The position numbers were made by a program, and so were the translations under genes. From a virus, in IMG/VR virus record IMGVR_UViG_3300034284_002648, positions 1 to 64,000 of that record: a stretch of 64,000 nucleotides of DNA. One strand, 5' to 3'. Of this stretch, positions 26,309-35,078 are shown piece after piece. How positions within the stretch are numbered: position 1 is the first letter of the stretch; each line of letters starts with the position of its first letter. The notes beneath the pieces were generated by a model. That model made no database searches. It was not told the DNA's origin and was given only the letters and a program-made list of their open reading frames with translations.

Positions 26309-29029
26309 ATGATCACCAATAATCTTCAAATTTATAGCTGGACATATGGATATTATATCGACAGTATCACTAATAAAAAATTATCTATCGGTGATATTGT
26401 TAGATATAAAAATATCAATAATAATAAAGTATTATTTAATAATACAATAAATGTTGTTTCCAAACCGGCTGGTGGAGGCGAGATAGTAGGAGATATTATT
26501 CAGGATTATAATGGTATATTTGAAGATAATGATATATTAGATGAAAGTAGACAATATATCAAAATACCTTTTGATGAATTAACAAATATTATTGATATAG
26601 AAATCAATGCCGATATTTTTTCTGATATTTATAATGTTGAAGGAAAAGCACAGAGTAGTTTACCAACAGATAAATCCTCATATTTATCTTTATATCTATA
26701 TGATGGTACCGAAATAAAAATAAGTATTACCGATTTTATTTATTCTGATACTAATAAAATTACAGTTAATTTACCGTCTACTATATATTATGTTAAAGAA
26801 ATTAGATTCTATGGACCAAGACCACAGAAAAAACAAGCAATAGGATCTTCTATAGAACCCAATATCAATATTTCTGCTGAATATCACCAGTCTCAAGATG
26901 GTATTATTAGGAATTGGGGTTATGAGCCAGAACTCTATAACATAGATACCACCACCTTTAGATTAACAGATCCATCACTTAATGGTAGAAATAACTTAAT
27001 TTTTAAAGAAAATATTTTAACTAATTTTCAAAATTATACTAGATCAAGATATAATCCACTAAATATTTCTTCTAATAACTCACTAATAAATATCGATACA
27101 AATAGTAGTCTGACAGTATCCAAGTCTGCTCAAACATATGGTGCTCTATTTGGATATTTAGAATTAATATCTACAGATAGTACTAATACCTCTAATATAT
27201 TTTTAAAAAATGTTACATTTAATTCTCCTGCATATTTTTACAATATCAATGAAAACCTCATACCTCCAAAAGATCCCACTATTGTTGATGGAGGATTATA
27301 TCTAGTTAATCCTCAAGATAAAACACAAAAACAAAGAGTTGTACATTTATTTTCTCGAAATTGGAATTCATATTTGGATTCTCTTGACGATAACTGGGTG
27401 AATGATGCTATTGTACTAGCCAATAATTTAAATAGATCCTCTGTTATATCTCCATATTTTAATTTGGATGATTTTGAATTTTTAGATACATATGAAGCAA
27501 CTCCTGTGAGATTAACACATCTTAATATAACAGTGGATACTGAAAAACCAACACCTACGCCGACGCAAACACCAGATAGTACGTTAACTCCTACTCCCAC
27601 ACCAACACAAACCATAACACCATCCGTTTCAGCGCCTCCTATTAAATCTGGATACGTTTATGTTTGGGGAACAAATGGCTATAATGATGAACAAATAATT
27701 AATCCTGTTCAAATAGACCAAGATAACAACTTCGTTGGTATCAATTTATCATTCACCAACATATTCACAGGCTTAAACCACCTGATCGCATCAAGACAAG
27801 ACAAGATATTATTCCCAATTAAAGACAATCGTTCTTCTCAGCTAGGTCTTCCTTTTTCAGATAATATTAAACAATTAAATAAACTTAATACTGTAATAAG
27901 TACTATTAATAGTAGATGGAAAAATGTATCCATAGGTGATGACTTCACATATCTGCTCAATAATGACAATGAAGTTTATAGATGGGGATCAAACCGTTTT
28001 GGTCAATTAGACTCCACATACAATCAATTACCTCTACCAACTCAACTTATACTAGATAATACATTTTATTTCTTAGACGTATCTTGTGCCAAAACACACG
28101 CTTTTGTTATAGATAATTTTGGTTCTTTGTATGTTTGCGGAAGTATAGATGGGTATAGTTTTAGTAAGTTTACCAAATATAATAATGAAAACTGGATTAA
28201 GATTTTTACTAACGAAACCCATACCTTTGGAATCAAGCCTAATGACACAGCACTATATGTACTCAGAGGAAAAGTAGCATCAGATGTATTATCATTTAAT
28301 CATACTCCACAAATTATAGATCATAATATAGAAAATTATAGGAGTATAGATGCTGGAGATAGTCATTTATTAGTTATTAAACAAGACGGATCTTTATGGG
28401 TTTTTGGAAATAATGATTATGGTCAATTAGGTACAGGAGATAATGATTCTGTATATGATAGATTAATAACAAAAGATACTTATCAAAATTGGGTTAAAGT
28501 AGCCGCTGGAAGCAGACATTCGTTGGCAATAAACACTATTGGGGTATTATATGGTTGGGGATCTGGACAAGATTACCAGTTTGGTTTTGTTCAAAACGAC
28601 TTTAATATACCAACATTAATTTGGGGAGGTAATTGGATAGATATATCGGCTAAGGGTAATTTAAATGGAGCTATAGCTGGGGATTATATATTCCAAGAGT
28701 TAACCACTCAAACCCCAACACCCACTCCTACTAATACCTCAACTCCGACTATCACACCAAGTATTAGTGATACGCCACCTCCAACACCTCCACCACCATC
28801 ACAATCGGCAACAACAACAAGAACTCCAACACCAACAGCAACACCAACAAGAACCAGTACTCAAACTCCAACCCCAACTCCAACACAACCGATATTCCTA
28901 TTCAAGATTATAGATGTTTTACCAGTTACACCACCACCAACACCGTCACAAACACCACCACCGGTATCACCCAGCGCATCTCCGCCTGTGGAAGTGTATG
29001 ATTTTACAGCACTATCATTTATAGTATAG
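26309..29029 (+). CDS. RCC1-repeat, Thr/Pro-linker virion protein
   Basis: AGDSHLLVIKQDGSLWVFGNNDYGQLGTGD and AGSRHSLAI..LYGWG; TP tracts on both sides of the RCC1 domain. Confidence 0.75.
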   Translation: MITNNLQIYSWTYGYYIDSITNKKLSIGDIVRYKNINNNKVLFNNTINVVSKPAGGGEIVGDIIQDYNGIFEDNDILDESRQYIKIPFDELTNIIDIEINADIFSDIYNVEGKAQSSLPTDKSSYLSLYLYDGTEIKISITDFIYSDTNKITVNLPSTIYYVKEIRFYGPRPQKKQAIGSSIEPNINISAEYHQSQDGIIRNWGYEPELYNIDTTTFRLTDPSLNGRNNLIFKENILTNFQNYTRSRYNPLNISSNNSLINIDTNSSLTVSKSAQTYGALFGYLELISTDSTNTSNIFLKNVTFNSPAYFYNINENLIPPKDPTIVDGGLYLVNPQDKTQKQRVVHLFSRNWNSYLDSLDDNWVNDAIVLANNLNRSSVISPYFNLDDFEFLDTYEATPVRLTHLNITVDTEKPTPTPTQTPDSTLTPTPTPTQTITPSVSAPPIKSGYVYVWGTNGYNDEQIINPVQIDQDNNFVGINLSFTNIFTGLNHLIASRQDKILFPIKDNRSSQLGLPFSDNIKQLNKLNTVISTINSRWKNVSIGDDFTYLLNNDNEVYRWGSNRFGQLDSTYNQLPLPTQLILDNTFYFLDVSCAKTHAFVIDNFGSLYVCGSIDGYSFSKFTKYNNENWIKIFTNETHTFGIKPNDTALYVLRGKVASDVLSFNHTPQIIDHNIENYRSIDAGDSHLLVIKQDGSLWVFGNNDYGQLGTGDNDSVYDRLITKDTYQNWVKVAAGSRHSLAINTIGVLYGWGSGQDYQFGFVQNDFNIPTLIWGGNWIDISAKGNLNGAIAGDYIFQELTTQTPTPTPTNTSTPTITPSISDTPPPTPPPPSQSATTTRTPTPTATPTRTSTQTPTPTPTQPIFLFKIIDVLPVTPPPTPSQTPPPVSPSASPPVEVYDFTALSFIV

Positions 29030-29039
29030 GATTAATTAT

Positions 29040-32000
29040 ATGGCACTAGTAGATCCAGTAGTAGACAATAGCTTAGTATACATGATTTCAAATGGTAGAC
29101 AGAATTTACATATTCTGAATACAAGAAATCAAATAGATGATATCAACCTTAATGGTTTAGCAGAGACTATAACTGTGGGTGGTGTTCAATATGCAGCTAA
29201 GAGAATATATAGTGTTATAGTATATAGTGGTGAAGTATTGGCTGGCGGAGATTTTGGACTTAAAAAATGGAATGTATCTACTAGAAGATGGGAAAAATAT
29301 GCAACATTTACTGGCGGAATTAGTAGTCTAATTAATAAAGGATTATTTCCTAATAGCGTACTTGGTATGAAAGTTTATAATGGTAAACTTTATATCTTTG
29401 GTAATTTTGTAGATAGCCTTGTTGGTAATTCTGCATCCTCAGTTACTTCAAGATATCTAGTTATATACAATGGATCCTTTTTTGAACCAGTAGCGGGCGC
29501 GAACAGTCTGCCGATTATCAACTTATCTAATTATGGACTATTGAGCAAATCAACAACTAACTTTGCATTAAATGATAATATTTTTTCTTTCTACGTATAT
29601 AACAACAATATTTATATTTTAGATAAAGGCATATTTACTGGAAAATCAACGCTACAGGATATTGTAAGAACAGATGCCGGTGCAGATATAGCTAATGATG
29701 GAACAACGCTAATTTATTATTTATTAGATGGTTCCTCAACCGTTGCTACAAAAAAAATTAATGGACAGGTACTGAACGATTATCAAATAGACAATACTCT
29801 CTACATCACATCTGCTGTTAAAAAAACAGGATCAGAATATCAACAAAATATATTTTCTTCTATTAACTTAGAAACATCAGAAATTTCTAGAGGTAACGAA
29901 ATATTTCTTGGTACTACTTATGCATCTGTAATAGGAGACGTATTTACTAATTACAACGTAGAATCCAACTCTACATCATCAGCCGCAAGCAATAAATGCA
30001 CTAAATTTTTGAAACAAAATGATGTAAGTTTTAGAAAAATTCATAATGGAATTTCTATACAAAATGGAACATATGAACAAACTAAATCTGCAATTTTAAT
30101 AGACACAAATAATAATCTATGGGCTTTGAAATCACCTTGGGTAGAAACCAATATTAATGCAGCATATTATGTGCCACTTTCTCAAGAAACACAATATAAG
30201 CTATTTGTAAGATATAATTTAGATTATGGTCCACTAAAACTTAATGGCAGAATATCAGATGCGGTAATGGGCTTAGATACTGTAGCGATACTAACAAATT
30301 CTGGAGAAATTTATATTTGGGGGAAAAATAGTCATGGACAATTAGGTCCAGATATTCCTATTGGATCAACAATAGATTCTCCGGTGAAAGTTTTTGGGTC
30401 TGGATATAAAAAACTATACGTTTGTGACAATACCTACTACGCATTAAAAGATGATGACACGCTATTTGCTTGGGGACAAAGCACTACCGATTTAGGTGGA
30501 CAATTGATTCCTGGAGTAGCTGGTAATGCTGTTCTACCTGTACAGATAGAAATACCTATTGGAACGAATGATACCCCAATCAACAGAACAGGAGTCAGTA
30601 GTGTAGCGGATGAGATGGGTAGTTTTTGGAGTAGTATTAGTCCATCTCCTGTTGGTGTGTATGCTATTGATAAAACTGGACTACTATTCTTTTGGGGAGG
30701 TCCAGAAGGAACATCCTCATATCCTATTACTAGAACAGTTTCTGGTAATTCTGAAACACATACAGGACTATTTGATATAGATAATATTAGGCCGGTACCA
30801 AAACCTTCTGAACCAGGAAAAGCCGTTTTGATAGGTTGTCCAGCATTCACTAATGATCAAACCCCTGTCACAGGAGATCCCGGTAAATATACGTCAATAT
30901 CCCATGATAGTTGCTGGTATAATCAAATATATAACTTTAACTTTTCTATATTATCAAATTCCACAGGCGTTCAAAGCAATATATATAGTTTGCTCAATAA
31001 GTCTATTAATGCTAATTTAATTTTTGTTAGTAGTTTTGTAGCCTATACATATGTTATTAATGACAAGTCATATTCTTCTATATGGCATAAGAATTTTCTT
31101 AATGATGAAACGAATGAAAACTCTCTAGGTCAAATTAGAACATCCACATGGCTCAAAACATCTGAAGTACCATCGTATGTAATCAATTTACCAATACCTC
31201 AAGCAAAAACGCTGGCTGCTGGAAATGCATACGAGCTAAATCTAAACAGCAATCAGTCAAAACAATTGGTAATCAAGTTTAGATTCAATAATAAGCCTTA
31301 TTGGACTATTAATAGTGTTGGTGGTGTCAGTATCCTCGGAGGTATCAATTCCAACTCATCAAATTTGACGAATATCCGCCTTTGTTCTATAGATTCTTCT
31401 GATAGTTTGAGAATAGATACTGGAGCACCAGTTAAATACGACTATATTACAAAAACCAAAAAATGGAATTTTACTAATCAGTATTATGCTTTGGACCAAA
31501 ATGGCGAACTATACGGACTTCCATATTCTGGTTATATAGGAACATCCAATAGATATCCTTTTACTCTTCCGTTTAAGTATTATATAAATGCTGAAAATAA
31601 TAATTTTACCGGCGCTACCACACTATTTGACATAAACAATTCTTATATTTCTGATATTATCATTAATAATAATCGATTGATTATCGGTGGATATATACCT
31701 AATGGAAATAGCTTTTATTCATATAAGAGTTTAGCAATATATGATTTGGAACAGAATGCTGTTGTTAATCTATCTATTGATCCTACATCTTTAATTAGTA
31801 CAGTAATTAATAATCTAGTTCCTCAATCAGAATGGGTTCAACCACCTCCTCCACCAAGCCCAACTCCAACACCGACACAAACACCCACGATGAGTATTAC
31901 TCCATCTAATACTCCAACAATAAGTCTCAGTCCAACAAATACTGTCAGTCCTACTAACACTAGAACGCCAACTTTAACAATTAGCGAAACTCCAACTTTA

Positions 32001-32297
32001 ACACCAACTATTAGTCAAACACCAACACTAACTCCCACTATAACATCTACCAGAACACCTCAGCCAACCCCAACTAGAACACCCACAAGAACAGTGTCGG
32101 CAACTCCAACAAATACCAGAACTCCGACACCCACTCCTACTCAGACTCAAACAATGACTCCTACTAATAGTCCTAGTCCCAGGAATTCATGGGATATTGA
32201 TGGTCAACAAATTGTCTTCACAGATGCCGAAAGAAATGCTGTTGGTCTGAATTGTGCTTGTATAGCAGAAGAAACAGCTGCTAGAGAGGGAAGATAA
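29040..32297 (+). CDS. Beta-propeller/RCC1 virion protein with a C-terminal TP tract
   Basis: Blades VYSGEVLAGGDF, VYNGKLYIFGNF and NNNRLIIGGY; RCC1 repeat LTNSGEIYIWGKNSHGQLG. Confidence 0.7.
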   Translation: MALVDPVVDNSLVYMISNGRQNLHILNTRNQIDDINLNGLAETITVGGVQYAAKRIYSVIVYSGEVLAGGDFGLKKWNVSTRRWEKYATFTGGISSLINKGLFPNSVLGMKVYNGKLYIFGNFVDSLVGNSASSVTSRYLVIYNGSFFEPVAGANSLPIINLSNYGLLSKSTTNFALNDNIFSFYVYNNNIYILDKGIFTGKSTLQDIVRTDAGADIANDGTTLIYYLLDGSSTVATKKINGQVLNDYQIDNTLYITSAVKKTGSEYQQNIFSSINLETSEISRGNEIFLGTTYASVIGDVFTNYNVESNSTSSAASNKCTKFLKQNDVSFRKIHNGISIQNGTYEQTKSAILIDTNNNLWALKSPWVETNINAAYYVPLSQETQYKLFVRYNLDYGPLKLNGRISDAVMGLDTVAILTNSGEIYIWGKNSHGQLGPDIPIGSTIDSPVKVFGSGYKKLYVCDNTYYALKDDDTLFAWGQSTTDLGGQLIPGVAGNAVLPVQIEIPIGTNDTPINRTGVSSVADEMGSFWSSISPSPVGVYAIDKTGLLFFWGGPEGTSSYPITRTVSGNSETHTGLFDIDNIRPVPKPSEPGKAVLIGCPAFTNDQTPVTGDPGKYTSISHDSCWYNQIYNFNFSILSNSTGVQSNIYSLLNKSINANLIFVSSFVAYTYVINDKSYSSIWHKNFLNDETNENSLGQIRTSTWLKTSEVPSYVINLPIPQAKTLAAGNAYELNLNSNQSKQLVIKFRFNNKPYWTINSVGGVSILGGINSNSSNLTNIRLCSIDSSDSLRIDTGAPVKYDYITKTKKWNFTNQYYALDQNGELYGLPYSGYIGTSNRYPFTLPFKYYINAENNNFTGATTLFDINNSYISDIIINNNRLIIGGYIPNGNSFYSYKSLAIYDLEQNAVVNLSIDPTSLISTVINNLVPQSEWVQPPPPPSPTPTPTQTPTMSITPSNTPTISLSPTNTVSPTNTRTPTLTISETPTLTPTISQTPTLTPTITSTRTPQPTPTRTPTRTVSATPTNTRTPTPTPTQTQTMTPTNSPSPRNSWDIDGQQIVFTDAERNAVGLNCACIAEETAAREGR

Positions 32298-32302
32298 GTA
32301 CG

Positions 32303-32311
32303 GTGTATAAT
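32303..32311 (+). promoter_or_regulatory. Putative late-type promoter motif GTGTATAAT
   Basis: Intergenic, identical to 2576-2584, followed by an AAGGA SD. Confidence 0.45.
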
Positions 32312-32339
32312 ACTTTGAACAATTAAGGAATATATAATT

Positions 32340-33203
32340 ATGGCTAATTTTAAAGTTAATTTCATTACTAATAGCAAAGTAATCAATTTTACCAATTGCT
32401 GTTGTCCAAATCTTATAAATGTTGTTTGTAGAGACTTAGAATTGGGACAAAAGTATTATGTATCGTTTGATGATACCCCAACATATAGAGCCCAAGTTTT
32501 TCCTGCAAAATACTCGTTTATAGCACAAGCACAGGTTGTAGGATTTAAAATTATCAATGGTGGACTCAACTATACTTCTACTCCAACCATAACTATAACG
32601 GGCGGAGGAGCGTCTACAAATGCTAGGGCTACAGTTACTCTCACAGAAAAAACTTTCGCCAATAATGTTAAAACAAAAACTATTACTGCTATAAATCTGA
32701 TAGATCCAGGTAGCGGCTATACCAGTATGCCAACTGTTACTATTACAGGAGGTGGTGGTAAGGATGCGGTTATTAAACCTATTTTAGGTAATGTAGTAAA
32801 AAATTTAACCTTTTTTGTAGCGTTTGGATGTAATGAAAAAAGTATGCCAATTCCTACTCCGTATCCAAGCAATACTCCTACACTTACTCCTACTCCAACA
32901 CTCACTCAAACTCCAACACTTACACCTACTCCAACATCAATATCTTTGGAGATATTACCATCTAATATTACTACATATACATCTCCTTTAGGTCAAACTA
33001 TTACGCTAGAAGATTACTTTACTGATAGGACTACTTATCCTGTTAGGGTATATTATGGTGTTACAGGTCAAAGTGTTGTGGTACCTCCAGATTATGATTA
33101 TGCTGTTTTCATTAAGGGTGACGGAACTGTTACAGATAGTGCTGTTGTTCCTGGAACTAATATTTCTTTTAAGAGTCAAATTTTATTAGGAAAAGGTATT
33201 TAA
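32340..33203 (+). CDS. Virion protein: truncated beta-sandwich carrying an inserted GxGYTSxPTVTITGGG repeat domain
   Basis: IINGGLNYTSTPTITITGGG and IDPGSGYTSMPTVTITGGGG are repeats typical of phage baseplate/tail proteins; a TP linker follows. Confidence 0.65.
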   Translation: MANFKVNFITNSKVINFTNCCCPNLINVVCRDLELGQKYYVSFDDTPTYRAQVFPAKYSFIAQAQVVGFKIINGGLNYTSTPTITITGGGASTNARATVTLTEKTFANNVKTKTITAINLIDPGSGYTSMPTVTITGGGGKDAVIKPILGNVVKNLTFFVAFGCNEKSMPIPTPYPSNTPTLTPTPTLTQTPTLTPTPTSISLEILPSNITTYTSPLGQTITLEDYFTDRTTYPVRVYYGVTGQSVVVPPDYDYAVFIKGDGTVTDSAVVPGTNISFKSQILLGKGI

Positions 33204-33239
33204 AATAAGACTATAAACAAATTAAGATAGAGGAAACAG

Positions 33240-35075
33240 ATGCCAGGACCGATTGTAAACCCAAGAACAGGTCAAAATTCAGCGTGTATAGACGTTAGAT
33301 TCGCACATAGCGGATTAAATGCAGACCTCAAGCTAGGTGCTGCTCCACTAGTCTCTATCAATAGGGATTTTTTGCAAGATGGTGCTGGAACTATAATCGG
33401 CGTTAATACAAAAATTAATTTATCAGGACAAATTAGACCTAGTGGTACTCAACTTGGTTTTACAGAACTTCTTAAGAGAGAAAAAAGATTAAGAGATCTA
33501 TTCTCTTATGGTGCTGGTGATTTTGAAATCATCAAAGAGGGTAGTGTTATATTTAGCGGAATAAACGCTAAAGTTTTATCATATTCTACAGAAAAGTCTG
33601 ATAATAACTGGGTCATGAGTATGGGATATTCTGTAGACCTTGAATTTTATGAATCTGTACGCGCTCCCGGAGAAGGAAATCCAGAATATAGAGTTACAAG
33701 TATTAGTGAAGGATGGTCGATAGAACCGCTAGAAGACTATATTTATACTATTATACAAACCCCAGCATCTGATCCAGACCCAGATTCAAATGGGGGCCAG
33801 TCTCAAATAGAAGGAGTTCCACAATTTAGAGTCACCAGAAAACTATCTGCTGTTGGTGTGCCTAAAAATGGTTTTTATTCGCATTTTGACAAAAATAGAA
33901 ATAACGATTCTGAATATAATTTTAGAAATACCACACAGAAACCTAGTGATGATGCATATCTTCAAGCAAAAAAATGGGTAGACGATAGATTAAAACTTCC
34001 TTTTAATAAAACCGATAATACAGATGGGAGATATACTGTATTATTAAGCAATTCAGATGCTTCTTCTGGTAGTATGTTTAGTACTTTTAGCGATTTATAT
34101 TTATATAATCATACCAGAAATATTAATTATAGTATTACGGACGGTTCTTATGAGGTTAGTGATAGTTGGTTAGCCTTAAACAAGGCAGCTAAATTTACAG
34201 AAGATTTTACCATAGAAACATCAACAGATAATAAAAATATTAGAACAGTTAAAGTACAAGGAACTATTAATGGTTTACAAATTACTCAAGGTAATTTATA
34301 TATGGAGAAAGATAGTTTAAAAGTTCCGTATAGTGGGGATGGGAATATATATCTTAGTGGATATAATGTTGGTGGTGAAACCTATAATGATATTATGCCA
34401 GAAAAATATAATAATGCTTTCTCAGGATGGATATACGACGTTAAACCGGCACTATACAAAAGAGCTTGTTTAGCAATTAATAGTAGAGATAGAACACAGC
34501 CTTGGTATCCGTCTACTCCTGGTTTGTTACCTCCTGGAAATCCTGTTTTTAGAACAGAGAATGTTTTAAACTATATTCCAATATCTACATCAGAAAATCA
34601 TGACTTATTCAATGGAACCGTATCATATACTTATGAATATAATAATATCGTTAAAATAATTAGCGGTGTAATTTCCGAATCATACAGAATAAATACCACC
34701 GGTCCAACAGACAGTGTTGCTGAACTTTTTGTTCTCAACCGTCCACTTGGGCCAGTATTACAATCTTTAGGCACAAAAACAAGCACAACTAAGAAGATAG
34801 AAGTGGAATTGGTTTTGGTTCCACCAACTAGTATAGCTGGTTTTTCTTTAGATGATCCTAGTTGCCCAGTTGGCATAGGAACTTATGTATTTAATAAATG
34901 TGAAGAATTTATAGATGCACAACAACCTACAGAAGAATCAGGAAATGGTATGATAGTTTCTGTTAAAAGTGATACATATAGCTGGAGTCCAACAGACGGA
35001 AGATATACCAGAAACAAAGAATGGCTGTATCAGCCCTGTTATAAAGATGGACATCCTTATCAGTTTATGAGGTAA
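33240..35075 (+). CDS. Putative tail/baseplate structural protein, paralog A
   Basis: Colinear similarity to 35079..37034; located before two giant tail-tip-like genes; SD GAGG. Confidence 0.55.
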   Translation: MPGPIVNPRTGQNSACIDVRFAHSGLNADLKLGAAPLVSINRDFLQDGAGTIIGVNTKINLSGQIRPSGTQLGFTELLKREKRLRDLFSYGAGDFEIIKEGSVIFSGINAKVLSYSTEKSDNNWVMSMGYSVDLEFYESVRAPGEGNPEYRVTSISEGWSIEPLEDYIYTIIQTPASDPDPDSNGGQSQIEGVPQFRVTRKLSAVGVPKNGFYSHFDKNRNNDSEYNFRNTTQKPSDDAYLQAKKWVDDRLKLPFNKTDNTDGRYTVLLSNSDASSGSMFSTFSDLYLYNHTRNINYSITDGSYEVSDSWLALNKAAKFTEDFTIETSTDNKNIRTVKVQGTINGLQITQGNLYMEKDSLKVPYSGDGNIYLSGYNVGGETYNDIMPEKYNNAFSGWIYDVKPALYKRACLAINSRDRTQPWYPSTPGLLPPGNPVFRTENVLNYIPISTSENHDLFNGTVSYTYEYNNIVKIISGVISESYRINTTGPTDSVAELFVLNRPLGPVLQSLGTKTSTTKKIEVELVLVPPTSIAGFSLDDPSCPVGIGTYVFNKCEEFIDAQQPTEESGNGMIVSVKSDTYSWSPTDGRYTRNKEWLYQPCYKDGHPYQFMR

Positions 35076-35078
35076 AAT

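Noticed and set aside
11562-32297. Bacterial surface-adhesin island or eukaryotic giant virus origin
   Set aside because: There are no signal peptides or anchors. SD-coupled operons, phage fibre motifs and a compact DnaE/SSB/annealase arm favour a bacteriophage, although hallmark capsid and terminase genes are outside the window.
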